Numbered from the stretch's first letter, positions 20,909 to 31,002 are shown. The stretch is DNA of 53,068 nt from Myxococcota bacterium (GCA_041288095.1 JBGGMJ010000192.1:1-53068); one strand, 5' to 3'. Notes: a model not told the origin generated them from the letters alone. A program made the numbers and translations.

Positions 20909-21976
20909 TCAGCTCCGGTGCAGCACGTAGATGGCTTCGCCCGGGCCGCTGATGGCGCGCGCGAAGGCTCGGAAGACGCGGTGATCGATGACCTGACAAC
21001 CGCGACTACCCACGGGATAGAGCGTGCCTTGGTGCATGATGGCGTCAGCGTGGAAGGTGATGGCGCTCGTCGACACCAGTCGCATTTCGCCGCGATCGAG
21101 CGCGCCGCTACGGTTGGTGTCGCGGTTTGCCCGCGAGGCGTTCACGACGAAGCTCCCCAGCTCGCCGCCGATCTGGCGGCTCACGCGGTAGAACGGCTCG
21201 GCGCCGGGCCGGATGTCGGGGATGTACGGCGCGTCGACGCGGCGACCCGTGTCTTTGCGCAGGATACCTTCCGTCCACGTGGGTTGCGATGTCGAGCGGA
21301 AGGTCCCCGCGAGGCGGGGCTCACCGCCGTTGTTGGTGCGGAAGACGTACGTCGTGCCCTTGAGCTCGCCGAAGTTGCGCGTCGTGTTGTTGCGATCGAT
21401 CTGGACGATGTAGACCTGATTGGGCTGCAACTGTCCGGGCACACGCTCACGCAGCAACTGGAGCGCCTGCTCCGTCGTTCCGCCATAGCGGCCACGACTC
21501 GGATCACCCTGGCTGATGCGAAATTCGCTGGTGTCGGCTTCCGCGACTGGACCTCGTGTCGCGACTGCCCGCGGTGTCGGCGAGCCGGGTGCGACCGCGC
21601 GTGGCGTTGTCGCTCGCTCGCCGGCGTCGGCGCGTCGCTGGCTGCGCGGTGCCGCTGGAGCGGTGCGAGGCTCTTCGGTGCGTGGCTGGAAGAAGCGACT
21701 CCAGAAACTACCGGCATCCGAGGCGTGCTCCGGCGAGCGATAGCGCTGCGCCTGTTGCAAGGCCGCCGCGTTCGGCCGGTAACCGTAGCGACGCAGAGCG
21801 GCGATGGTGTCGGGGCCGAGTCCGGCCTCGTTGATGTTGTTGCGCCGCTGGAAGATACGGAGGTTGACCTCGGGCGGGTCAGCGAGCTCTCGCCCCCAAA
21901 AGCGCTCCAGGGCGCCATGCAAAGCAGCCGCGGTTTCGGGCCGGTAGACGCGAGATGTGGGAGCGGGGGACGCCAT
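20909..21976 (-). CDS. Orphan protein with C-terminal L,D-transpeptidase-like (YkuD-type) His/Cys motif
   Basis: FH-X14-SRGCQ near the C-terminus; DTNRSGALD loop; Pro/Ala/Thr-rich N-half; AGGAG RBS; no signal peptide. Confidence 0.6.
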   Translation of the reverse strand: MASPAPTSRVYRPETAAALHGALERFWGRELADPPEVNLRIFQRRNNINEAGLGPDTIAALRRYGYRPNAAALQQAQRYRSPEHASDAGSFWSRFFQPRTEEPRTAPAAPRSQRRADAGERATTPRAVAPGSPTPRAVATRGPVAEADTSEFRISQGDPSRGRYGGTTEQALQLLRERVPGQLQPNQVYIVQIDRNNTTRNFGELKGTTYVFRTNNGGEPRLAGTFRSTSQPTWTEGILRKDTGRRVDAPYIPDIRPGAEPFYRVSRQIGGELGSFVVNASRANRDTNRSGALDRGEMRLVSTSAITFHADAIMHQGTLYPVGSRGCQVIDHRVFRAFARAISGPGEAIYVLHRS

Positions 21977-22005
21977 CGTGGTGCGCACTCCTGGCTGTAT
22001 CCGAA

Positions 22006-22032
22006 TTATCGGCTGCCAGGCCGGCAGGTTGC
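22006..22032 (-). promoter_or_regulatory. sigma28 (FliA/WhiG)-like promoter GCAAC-N14-GCCGATAA
   Basis: Perfect GCCGATAA -10; same motif and spacing as the two copies at 34.0 kb. Confidence 0.65.
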
Positions 22033-22064
22033 GCGAAAACGCGCGCACCACGGGGCTTTAGCGG

Positions 22065-23381
22065 TTAACGCCGCCCGAAGACGTTTCTGACCAGATCGCG
22101 CAAACCGCCACGTGACTCCTCGGGGCCGGCGGCATCCGCGGTGGGACCAAAGCCGGGCATGTTCGGCGGCAGCGGCGGCACCTGGTCGGAGATCTCGGGC
22201 TCGAAGGGGCCGCTCACCGTGTCGACGAGGGTCAATGAGTCACCCTTGTCGAGCGAGTCGCCGACCAGGGCGGCGCCCAGCGCCACGCTCTCGTCGGGAT
22301 GCACGCCTTTGCGGGGCTGCTTGTTGAAGTGCGCGGCGACGCTGTCGATGACCAGCGGCATGCGCGTCTGGCCGCCGACCAGGACGAGCTCGTCGATGCT
22401 CTCCTTCGAGATCTTGCGGCGCTCGAGCAGGATGTCGACGACCTGCAGCGAGCGCAGCACCAGATCGCTCGTGAGGCTGTTCAAGGTCTCGCGGCCCATC
22501 ATCAGCTCGACGTCCACCGGCTTGCCGCGCCGCTCGAGGAGAGACGGGAGGCGCAGCTGAGTGTTCGCCAAAATGGACAGCTCGACCTTGGCGCGCTCGG
22601 CAACGCCGCGCAGGCGCTGCAACACCGCCGGGTCCTCGATGCTCTCGACCTTGGTCTGCTTCTTCACTTCGTGGACGATCCAATGAAGGACGCGCTCGTC
22701 GAAGTCGGCACCACCCAGGAAGACGTCACCGCCGGTCGCCAGTACCTCGAAGGTATTGTTGCGGACGTCGAGAATGCTGATGTCGAAGGTGCCGCCGCCG
22801 AAGTCGTAAACCAGCACGCGCTGGGCGAAGCTGCGGTTGAAACCGTACGCTAGAGCGGCTGCTGTCGGCTCGTTTACGACGCGACGTACTTGGAATCCGG
22901 CGCGCTTGCCCGACTCGATGACGATGTTGCGCTGGCGTTCGTTGAAGTAGGCGGGCACCGCGATGACCGCTTCCGGCACGTCCTCGCCGAGGTTGATCTC
23001 GACGTAACGTTTCATCTGCGCGAGGATCACCGTCTGTACGTCGGCGGCGGTGTGGATCTGCGAGCCGACACGCACGGCGGATTCACCGTTACTGTCGGCC
23101 ACCACGGCGTAGCGCACGCGGTGTGAGAGTGCCTCGGCCACCTTGCTAGCGAAGGGACGGCCGATGAGACGCTTCGACTCCGGCACCGTGGCGGCGGGTA
23201 AGGTGACGCCGAGCTCTTTCGCGGCCTGACCGACGTACACCGAGCCGTTCGGATGGTAGGTGACCACGGACGGCATGGTGTTGAAGCCGGACTCGATCGG
23301 GATGATGCGCGGGATCTTGTTGACGACGTGCGCGGCGCAACTGTTGGTCGTCCCGAGATCTATGCCGACGATTTTACCCAT
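22065..23381 (-). CDS. Hsp70-family protein, nucleotide-binding domain only
   Basis: GIDLGTTNS, VPAYFN, NEPTAAALAYG, DFGGGTFD, LVGGQTRMP, PDESVALGAA; ends shortly after the linker with no substrate-binding domain. Confidence 0.9.
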   Translation of the reverse strand: MGKIVGIDLGTTNSCAAHVVNKIPRIIPIESGFNTMPSVVTYHPNGSVYVGQAAKELGVTLPAATVPESKRLIGRPFASKVAEALSHRVRYAVVADSNGESAVRVGSQIHTAADVQTVILAQMKRYVEINLGEDVPEAVIAVPAYFNERQRNIVIESGKRAGFQVRRVVNEPTAAALAYGFNRSFAQRVLVYDFGGGTFDISILDVRNNTFEVLATGGDVFLGGADFDERVLHWIVHEVKKQTKVESIEDPAVLQRLRGVAERAKVELSILANTQLRLPSLLERRGKPVDVELMMGRETLNSLTSDLVLRSLQVVDILLERRKISKESIDELVLVGGQTRMPLVIDSVAAHFNKQPRKGVHPDESVALGAALVGDSLDKGDSLTLVDTVSGPFEPEISDQVPPLPPNMPGFGPTADAAGPEESRGGLRDLVRNVFGRR

Positions 23382-23411
23382 GTGGAAGCAAACGCAGCGC
23401 TCGCTTTGGCA

Positions 23412-23440
23412 AGTCTAGGAGGCGCCCCCTAAAGAATCAA
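23412..23440 (-). promoter_or_regulatory. Putative sigma70 promoter TTGATT-N17-TAGACT for the Hsp70-like gene
   Basis: Exact 17-nt spacing, about 30 nt upstream of the ATG. Confidence 0.55.
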
Positions 23441-23460
23441 GGAACGCGCACGAAGCTTCG

Positions 23461-24099
23461 CTAGTGCTTGGGGCGGGCCTTCGAGACGTACGGGCTGTCC
23501 ACGTAAAACCGCCACGGCAGCTCGACCGCCTTGCTGATGCCGATGCGGGCGGACACCCGCACCGGTCGCATGCCGGCGGTGTCTCGGATGGTGAGGGTGC
23601 CACGGGTCATGTCGGCGCCGTTCTGCGAGGAGCCGATCGCGAGGGCCTGAGCGAGCTTGCCCGGACCGCGCATCAGCTCTCGGTGGGGCACCTCGCCACG
23701 ATAGGCGCGCATGGCGGCGATGCCCGCGACCGGCTCGAGAGCGCGCACGAGCACCGCGGCGGCGAAGTCGACGGGGCCGGTCACCACGTTGAGCATCCAA
23801 TGCATGCCGTAGGAGAAATAGACGTAGGCGTGACCAGCGCGGCCGTACAGCCCTTCGACCCGCGCGGTGCGGCGTTGGTAAGCGTGGCAGGCAGGCTCGC
23901 TGCCCTCGTACGCTTCGGTCTCCACGATGCGTCCGCCGAGGAGGACACCGCCGACCTGGTGGACCACGACTTTGCCCAGGAGCTCGCGCGACACGGTGAC
24001 GACATCGCGCTCATAAAACGAGCGCGGCAGGGGCTTCGCGCGACGCACGCTGGCCTCGCTCAAAGAGGGCTCGGGTAGCGCCTTGGGTGCCGGTAACAT
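23461..24099 (-). CDS. mpg: DNA-3-methyladenine glycosylase (AAG/MPG family)
   Basis: GRIVETEAY, YVYFSYGMHW.LNVV, AVLVRALEP, GPGKL, RIGIS...PWRF. Confidence 0.93.
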   Translation of the reverse strand: MLPAPKALPEPSLSEASVRRAKPLPRSFYERDVVTVSRELLGKVVVHQVGGVLLGGRIVETEAYEGSEPACHAYQRRTARVEGLYGRAGHAYVYFSYGMHWMLNVVTGPVDFAAAVLVRALEPVAGIAAMRAYRGEVPHRELMRGPGKLAQALAIGSSQNGADMTRGTLTIRDTAGMRPVRVSARIGISKAVELPWRFYVDSPYVSKARPKH

Positions 24100-24201
24100 C
24101 GCGTTTTCTCGGTAATCGAGCGCACCCTGACATCGCGTCATCCGGGGGGCCCTGCGGCCGTGTATGTATCACCAACACCCCCGCTTTTCTTGGAGTTGTC
24201 G

Positions 24202-25029
24202 ATGAACGGCACTCGTTCAGATGGCCTCGTGTTGTCCGCGGAGCCGGTCTCCGGAGCAAAGCTCGCCGCCGAGTGGCTTGCCGCTCACGAGAGAGGCGCG
24301 GCGCCTGTCGGTTATGGCGTGCAGAACATCGTGCGTGTCGCCGACGAGCTCGGGGTTTCGCGCGAGGATGCGATCGCGGACTTCTTCTCCATGGTCGACA
24401 GCGAAGAAATGGCGACGCGGCCGGCGTCGTTGCAGGACATCGTCTTGCTGGCGTTGTCGCAGGGCGTGATCTTCGACAGCAGCACACAGGCGTTTCTGCT
24501 CGACCTGTGTGAGCGCCTCGACGGCGAGCCGCGCCTCGATGTTCCCGCCAACGCGAGCAAGCTCACGGAAGAGCTGCAAGTGCTGGGGCGCATCTTGAAC
24601 GAGCTCATGATCTCGGGCGGCTACGCCGGCAGTGACGCGGCGCTGGCGGCGCAAGTTTGGCGTATCGAGACGGTGACCACGCACGAGCGCCAGCTCAACG
24701 CCATCGCGCATCAGGCCGCGGCGCGCGCCACGATCATGCGCCGCCACGGACTACACTATTTCGAGAAGGAAGACATGCAAGCGCTGGCGAAGGCGCTCGT
24801 GCAAGCCCGCGACATCGGCCAGGAGCCCGGTACCGTCTCGAAGGCCGCGTGGAAAGCGCTGGCCCGCGGTGTCGTGGCCTGCTTCTGGGTCCCAAGCGAG
24901 GAGCGCGGGTTCATGCTCGATCAAATCGCGAGCTATCTTCTCGAGGAAGCCGAGCTGGTCATCGCCACGGACGCGCGCGCCATCATCCAGGCGGTCGCTG
25001 ATGGCCGAGCGGGTCCGGTCGCGGCCTAA
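24202..25029 (+). CDS. Hypothetical alpha-helical protein
   Basis: Long ORF with coding-like codon bias and a GGAG RBS; no motif recognised. Confidence 0.65.
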   Translation: MNGTRSDGLVLSAEPVSGAKLAAEWLAAHERGAAPVGYGVQNIVRVADELGVSREDAIADFFSMVDSEEMATRPASLQDIVLLALSQGVIFDSSTQAFLLDLCERLDGEPRLDVPANASKLTEELQVLGRILNELMISGGYAGSDAALAAQVWRIETVTTHERQLNAIAHQAAARATIMRRHGLHYFEKEDMQALAKALVQARDIGQEPGTVSKAAWKALARGVVACFWVPSEERGFMLDQIASYLLEEAELVIATDARAIIQAVADGRAGPVAA

Positions 25030-25074
25030 CGAGTTGACCCGCGGCCCGGCATAGCCGACGAACACTCTCGCTCG

Positions 25075-27177
25075 ATGAGTGTTCCGCGCATTACCTATGA
25101 CGCCCATGGCACGCCGGGGATCCTCGCCGAAGATCCGGTGAGCGCCTTTCACGGCCTGGGTTGGTTGCATGGCCGCCATCGCCCGGTGCAGACGCTGCTC
25201 ATCGCGGCCGCGGCGCGGGGCGAGCTGGCCAAGACCATCCTGCCGCGCGGCGACTTGCTCGACCTCGACCGGCTCGTGCATCGCCATGACATCCCGCGCA
25301 TCGGCGCTTCCGAGGTGAAGCACCTCGCCGAGCACGACCGACGTTGTCTCGACGCCTTCGTCGACGGCATTGCCCGGGCCTTCCGTGAAAACGGCATGCC
25401 CATCGAGCTGCGTGTCCTGGGCTGCCGCATTCCGCCGCCGAGTCCCGAGACGGTGCTGTCGGGGTTCCTGGTGAGCGCCTTTCTCGGCCTCGCTCAGGCG
25501 CAGGAGCGCATGGAGCGGGCGCTCGTCGATGCCTTGTCTTTTGGAGCGGACGCGACCCTGCTCGAGACCATCTTCGCGCCGCACCTTGCGGGCTGGCGGC
25601 CCGAGGTGCTGCGCCGGGTGCTGCGTCATGGTGAGTTGGCGCCGAGCGTGCGCGGCATCGTGCAGCCCGCGGGTGGCAGCAACGCCTGGGCGGTCGGCCC
25701 GCAGCGTAGCGCCAGCGGCAAACCGTTGCTGGCTGGTGATCCGCACCTGCAAGCCAATCAGTTGCCGTCGCTCATGTTCGAGGTACGGGCACGCGTCGGC
25801 GAGGATTTCTGGCTGGGCGCGACCATCCCGGGCTTGCCGGGAGTTGGGGTCGGCCGCAACCGTCGGGTCGCGTGGTCAGGGACATTCGGCGTCGCCGACA
25901 ATGTCGACCATTGGCTCGAGCCGATCGAGGGCGGCGTGCTCGTCCGCGATGGTAAACGGCCCGCTGGGCGCGACCTCGAGATCGGGCGGCGCTTCCTCAC
26001 GAGCTTTCGCGAGACGCTGTGGAGCTCGCCGCGTGGAGCGCTGGCCTGGGACGGCAACGAGGACGGCACGACACTGTCGGCGCGCTGGGCGGCAACCGAA
26101 GCAGGCATCGCACCCACGCTCTCGGCGTACATGCGGCTTGCCTCGAGCACCAGCGCCGCGGACGCCGAGCGTATCCTCGAGGACGCCCAGACGCTGACCC
26201 TGCATTTCGTTTTAGCGGACGTGTCCGGCGACGTGCGCTACGTGCAGGTCGGGCGCATTCCGCGGCGCAGCGGCGGCTGGTCGGGCTTGTACCCCGCGGA
26301 TCAACAGGAATGGCTCGGCGTGTACACCGGCAAGCACTTGCCGCACGCGCTCGCGATCGACGGCATCGAGGCTTCGGCCAACGAAGCGCGGCGCGGTGAT
26401 GACGGCGCCACTCTGTCGACCTTCGCGCAGCCACCTTACCGGCGGACGCGCATCTTCGAGCTCCTCCACGCCCGGCACGACCACGACCGCGCCAGCATGC
26501 AGGCTATCCAGCAAGACCTCTTCTCGCTGCAGGCGCATGCGCTCCGGCCGCTGTTCGTGCAAGCGCTGGCCGATGGGCCGCTGCGGCGGACACTCGCTGC
26601 CTGGGATTGCCGCTACCATCCCGACAGTGTCGGCCCGCATGCATTCGAGCTGGCGCGCGCCGCCGCCCTCAGGGCCCTGGCTCCCGAGCTTGGCGGCGAC
26701 TGGTTCACGCACATGCTCGATGAGAGCGAGCTGAGTGTCTGGTGGTGCACGGCGCTCGACCGTCTCTTGTCGCGGACGCTCTCGCGCGAGGAGACGCCGG
26801 CGATGCGCGTGCGCGCGGAGCTCGCCAAGATCACGGGTGTAACCTCGTCGCGTTGGGGCGACGTGCAACGCGTCCACTACACGAATCTCATCCTGGGTGG
26901 GCTGCCGTCGTGGCTGCGCTTCGATGCCGGGCCCTATCCCTTGCCGGGATCGATCGCCACCGTGTCGCAAGGCAACGTCGTGCGCTCCGAGGGCACGAGC
27001 GTCTGCGTCGCACCGGTCTATCGCTTCGTCACCGACCTCGCCGAGGACGCCGCCTGGACGTCCGTACCGGGCGGGGTCGACGGCTCACGCTTCGATCGCA
27101 CGTATCTTTCCTGGCTGGACGAGCATCGCGCTGGCGTCTATCACCGCATCGCACCGCCCGACCTTTCAGAGACTTAG
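25075..27177 (+). CDS. Penicillin acylase family Ntn-hydrolase (S45)
   Basis: ITYDAHGTPGI.A, GGSNAWAV (beta-subunit Ser nucleophile), GKPLLAGDPHL, GATIPGLPGV..GRN, ASAN. Confidence 0.88.
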   Translation: MSVPRITYDAHGTPGILAEDPVSAFHGLGWLHGRHRPVQTLLIAAAARGELAKTILPRGDLLDLDRLVHRHDIPRIGASEVKHLAEHDRRCLDAFVDGIARAFRENGMPIELRVLGCRIPPPSPETVLSGFLVSAFLGLAQAQERMERALVDALSFGADATLLETIFAPHLAGWRPEVLRRVLRHGELAPSVRGIVQPAGGSNAWAVGPQRSASGKPLLAGDPHLQANQLPSLMFEVRARVGEDFWLGATIPGLPGVGVGRNRRVAWSGTFGVADNVDHWLEPIEGGVLVRDGKRPAGRDLEIGRRFLTSFRETLWSSPRGALAWDGNEDGTTLSARWAATEAGIAPTLSAYMRLASSTSAADAERILEDAQTLTLHFVLADVSGDVRYVQVGRIPRRSGGWSGLYPADQQEWLGVYTGKHLPHALAIDGIEASANEARRGDDGATLSTFAQPPYRRTRIFELLHARHDHDRASMQAIQQDLFSLQAHALRPLFVQALADGPLRRTLAAWDCRYHPDSVGPHAFELARAAALRALAPELGGDWFTHMLDESELSVWWCTALDRLLSRTLSREETPAMRVRAELAKITGVTSSRWGDVQRVHYTNLILGGLPSWLRFDAGPYPLPGSIATVSQGNVVRSEGTSVCVAPVYRFVTDLAEDAAWTSVPGGVDGSRFDRTYLSWLDEHRAGVYHRIAPPDLSET

Positions 27178-27185
27178 CTCCTCCC

Positions 27186-29636
27186 ATGCTGCTCCTTCTG
27201 CTCATCGGCTCCACCCTTACGAGCCCAGACCGACCTACCGCCGGCGCCATCATCGATCCCATCGCCGGCGAGACAGTCACCGCGCGCGACCGCGATCTGC
27301 TGCCGACCGGCCACAACTTGGGCGAGCTGTCCGACCTCTGGTTCGCCTCCATCGTCAACCAGCAGGACAGCGACGGCGGCATTGGCGCCTTCGATCCGCT
27401 GCGCCTGTCGTCACACGGCCGCTCTTGGACCCTGTTGCGGCACACGTTGAATGGACTGTCGATCGACGATCCCGGTCGCCCTGGCTCACCGGTGATCGAC
27501 CTGCCGTATTCGTCGTGGGACACGCTCACCTATCAGTCGCTGTGGACAGCGACGCCTGGTTTCTCGGCCACCATCGGCGCGACACCGGGGGTGCGGCCGA
27601 CGCGGGCCTGGTTGCGTGGCAGCCTCGGCAACGAGCTCGGCGGGCCGACCTTGGTCCCGCGCAATTTCATGAACCGCGATCCCGCGACCGAGGCGGGCGC
27701 TTCACCCATTCGCCGCAAGTTACGGCTGTCACGTGAGCTCGAAGGTCAGGTCAGCGTCGGCACCGAGACGTTCGGTGCGCGTCTCATCTACGAGCATCGT
27801 GACCAGGACAACCGGTACCCGACGCTGGTGTCGGACGCCGACGGTAAGCGCGTCGATGACAGCTCGCAGCGCGACACCATCATGGCGGTCGGTGAGCTGA
27901 GCGTGGGCGGCCTACCCGTGACCGCTATCGCGGCTTTGCAGAAGCGCTCACGATCGCACGAGGGCGCGGAATTCCGGTTGCCCTCGTTCTATACCCAGAG
28001 CAACGAAGGTGAATCCTATCTCTTGCAGCTGGGCACGTCCGGCAATCTCACGCCGTCGATGGTCTTCGACGGCGCCATCGGCCTGTCGTATCGTAACGAC
28101 GTCGCCGAGCAGAACAGCGACCGGTCCATCGTCACCGACATCGAGCGCGAGTGGTTGTGGTTGCAGCGGCCGACGCCGGCCGAGCATCTGACGCGCACCG
28201 CGATAGATCTCAACGCGGGGGTGACCTGGGACGCGGCCCTGCCCATCGAGATCCGCCTCACCGGCAACCAGTCCTTCTTGCGCCGGCGCGCACGTTTCGC
28301 CGGCGACGTGTCGGCGACGACATACGAGCGCTCGGACGTCGACCGCTCGCGCGACATCACGCTCTACGAACCGCCGGCGCGCGGCGAGGAGTGGCTGCGG
28401 TCGCTTCGCCTTGAGGGCAACACGCACACAAGTTTGGGCGGCATTACCCTGCGCGGCACGCTGGCGATCGATCATGGCGCTGTTGGTGTCACCGATGGGC
28501 CGGGCGTGTCGTTTTGGACGCCGGCCGCTGGAGTCGCGGCGAGCCATGGCTTCGCGAACGGTGGCGAGCTCTTCACCCTCCTACGGCGTGAGCCCGATCG
28601 TCTCACCGCCGAGGTGGCGCGCTTCCTCGACCCCGCCGTCGGCAACGGTGAGCGCTACACCTGGGACGACAACGGCGATCTGTTACCGTCGGCGGACGAA
28701 GCCGGCGGTCTGCAAGCGCGGACAGGCGGCCGCTATCACACCGTCGATCCCAATCTCGCTCGGCCGACGAGCAATCAGTTCGCCATCGGTTGGCTAACCC
28801 CGCGCTTCGGCCCGTTCCGCGCCGTCATGACCGGCACGCTGCGCTTCCACCTCGACGCCTTCGTCGCGCGGCTCAACGGCGCTTCGGAGGACAGCTATCA
28901 GCGCACGACCTTCTTCGACCCGGGCGGTGACGGGCGTGGCGAGGATGTGCTGCCCGGCGGTGGCCAGAACCTGACTGCTTACGAGCGCATCCCCGGCACC
29001 GAGGGCCAGGAGCTCTATCGCCTCGAAAACCGGCGGCGCGACAACCGCTTCATCGGCGCCGAGCTGCAGCTGGTGAGCGTCGAGGCCGACGAGGTCGGCG
29101 ATCGGCGGCCGTGGTTCTTGAACCTGACGGCGGCCGGCTACTGGGACGTCGGCAGCGGCACCTTCGGAGCATTTCCCGACCGCAACGATCCCGGCGTCAT
29201 CAACGAGAGCAGCGCTGACCCGAACGCGCGCGTCAACGACCGCGGCCGCTTCGATCACGACCGCGCGTTCTCCATCAAGTGTCTGGCCGGGGTGACGCCG
29301 ATCGACGGTCTCACGCTCTCGACGGCCATCCGCTATCGCGATGGTCAACCGTTTTCGCGCATCGCCGTCGCCGAGCTGCCGCAGGGACCGACGCCGATCA
29401 TGGCGACCTGGCGCGGCGCCGTCCGCCACACCTTCCACATGACCGCCGACGTGAAGCTGCGCTGGGCGTCGCGGATCAAGATGTTCGACTACGCAATCAG
29501 CGGCGAGGTCTACAATCTCTTCCAGCAGAGCCTCGAGCTGGTCGAGGACCCACGCACCGGCCGCGCCTTCAGGCGTGCGCTCGAGATGACGCCGGGGCGG
29601 ACTGGGTTCGTCACGCTCGAGCTCGCACTCCAGTAG
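27186..29636 (+). CDS. TonB-dependent receptor-like outer-membrane beta-barrel
   Basis: Hydrophobic N-terminus; plug-like segment (LNGLSIDDP); amphipathic strands; C-terminal EVYNLF...PGRTGFVTLEL. Confidence 0.65.
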   Translation: MLLLLLIGSTLTSPDRPTAGAIIDPIAGETVTARDRDLLPTGHNLGELSDLWFASIVNQQDSDGGIGAFDPLRLSSHGRSWTLLRHTLNGLSIDDPGRPGSPVIDLPYSSWDTLTYQSLWTATPGFSATIGATPGVRPTRAWLRGSLGNELGGPTLVPRNFMNRDPATEAGASPIRRKLRLSRELEGQVSVGTETFGARLIYEHRDQDNRYPTLVSDADGKRVDDSSQRDTIMAVGELSVGGLPVTAIAALQKRSRSHEGAEFRLPSFYTQSNEGESYLLQLGTSGNLTPSMVFDGAIGLSYRNDVAEQNSDRSIVTDIEREWLWLQRPTPAEHLTRTAIDLNAGVTWDAALPIEIRLTGNQSFLRRRARFAGDVSATTYERSDVDRSRDITLYEPPARGEEWLRSLRLEGNTHTSLGGITLRGTLAIDHGAVGVTDGPGVSFWTPAAGVAASHGFANGGELFTLLRREPDRLTAEVARFLDPAVGNGERYTWDDNGDLLPSADEAGGLQARTGGRYHTVDPNLARPTSNQFAIGWLTPRFGPFRAVMTGTLRFHLDAFVARLNGASEDSYQRTTFFDPGGDGRGEDVLPGGGQNLTAYERIPGTEGQELYRLENRRRDNRFIGAELQLVSVEADEVGDRRPWFLNLTAAGYWDVGSGTFGAFPDRNDPGVINESSADPNARVNDRGRFDHDRAFSIKCLAGVTPIDGLTLSTAIRYRDGQPFSRIAVAELPQGPTPIMATWRGAVRHTFHMTADVKLRWASRIKMFDYAISGEVYNLFQQSLELVEDPRTGRAFRRALEMTPGRTGFVTLELALQ

Positions 29637-29646
29637 CGCGTGGACC

Positions 29647-31002
29647 TCAGTAGCGGACGCCGAAGCGCACGAATAAGTCGTTGCTGAAGAAGCCCGCGCT
29701 TTGCGCCGGGAAGACTTCGCCGGCGAGCGCCTGATCGTACACGTAGTTCGTGCCGCGGAAGTCCAGTCGGTCGACGAGGGAGACGGTGATGAACTCGGTG
29801 ACGAAGTAGGCGATGGCCAAGCTCGTCTGGATGCTGTTGTCCTCGCGGACGTCGCTGCCGTCGTCGGTCGCGCCGCCGGTCGCCGCCGCGCCGCGCTGGT
29901 ACGAGAAGTTGTAGTACTCGAAGCCCAGACTCAGATTGAGCCGCGAAGCGATGGCTTGATCGAAGCGCGTGTAGGCCTTCCACATGGTGGCGTAGACGAA
30001 GATTGGAATGGGCTCGAGGGTGCGCATGCCGCCGAGCCGCAGCTTCGTGGTGGCGGTGGCGTTCCAGGTGAATTCGACCTGCGTGCCGATGGTGTTCTTG
30101 CTCGGGTCGAGGGCGGGCACCGTGTCGCTCGTGATGCCGGTGTAGCCGACCTTCAAGAGCGCCGAGATCTTGGGCGTGATGACGCCGTTCAGGCCGGCGG
30201 ACGCCGAGTAGATCCAGCTGTCGCCGTTGGCGAAGGCGCCCTGGGTTTCGCGGAAGTTGGTGAAGGTGGTCGTCGTCTCGACGAAGACCTGGGTCTTCGG
30301 GAGGAAGGACCAGGCGGCGCGGAGGGTCGGCGTGTAACGCTCGTTGTTCAAGAACTCCGGGGGAACTTGCGAGTCGTCGTCGTACCAGTCGAAGTACATG
30401 CTCATGTCCGCCGAGAGCTTGAGCGCGCCGCCACCGGGCTCGAGGTCGACGCCGACACCGGTGCTGTTGGTCCAGTGGTCGAACCGCTGAGTGAACGTTT
30501 GATTACCGGGCGCGGCGATGCGCGTCAGGCGCTCCGACGCGCGCAGCTGGAGCGGGCCATTCTTGTTGAAGTGGAGGTTGCCACCCAGCCCGCCCTGCCA
30601 TGACGAGAACTCGTCGTTGTCGACGTACTGCTGGCGCTCGACGTACGCTGTAGCGGAGAGGTCGAGATGCGGAGACGGGAGCTTGTAGTCCACGCCGGGG
30701 CGTCCAACGAAGTAGAAGTCGTTGCGTCGCCCGTCGAGGGCCGCGCTTTGATCGTAAATGGTGGAGCTGAAGCGGCCAGGGTTGTGGATGGCGTGCGCAT
30801 CGAGCTCGATGAACGGATGCAGCCTGCCGTCACCCAGCTTGATGCCCTTGCTCTCGGGCAAAAGGGGACTGGCGCGGACGTCACCGCCGCTGAAGAGGAC
30901 TTCTTGCGCCTCCGCGGGCGCCGCGGCGACGAGGATCGCGACCCCCAGGATACCGGCGCTGAGCGATCGCCTGACCGCTGCTTTGTCGTTCGTGCCGGTC
31001 AC
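29647..31002 (-). CDS. Outer-membrane beta-barrel of the polysaccharide-export porin type (EpsX/Wzp/VpsM-like)
   Basis: Signal peptide (AEA|Q); GIKLGDGRLHP N-terminal motif; alternating strands; terminal FGVRY. Confidence 0.7.
   Translation of the reverse strand: MTGTNDKAAVRRSLSAGILGVAILVAAAPAEAQEVLFSGGDVRASPLLPESKGIKLGDGRLHPFIELDAHAIHNPGRFSSTIYDQSAALDGRRNDFYFVGRPGVDYKLPSPHLDLSATAYVERQQYVDNDEFSSWQGGLGGNLHFNKNGPLQLRASERLTRIAAPGNQTFTQRFDHWTNSTGVGVDLEPGGGALKLSADMSMYFDWYDDDSQVPPEFLNNERYTPTLRAAWSFLPKTQVFVETTTTFTNFRETQGAFANGDSWIYSASAGLNGVITPKISALLKVGYTGITSDTVPALDPSKNTIGTQVEFTWNATATTKLRLGGMRTLEPIPIFVYATMWKAYTRFDQAIASRLNLSLGFEYYNFSYQRGAAATGGATDDGSDVREDNSIQTSLAIAYFVTEFITVSLVDRLDFRGTNYVYDQALAGEVFPAQSAGFFSNDLFVRFGVRY

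Noticed and set aside
26742..27185. Apparent 148-aa N-terminal extension of the receptor ORF overlapping the acylase (possible frameshift fusion)
   Set aside because: The extension is Arg-rich off-frame sequence; the acylase ends normally and ATG 27186 gives a hydrophobic leader.
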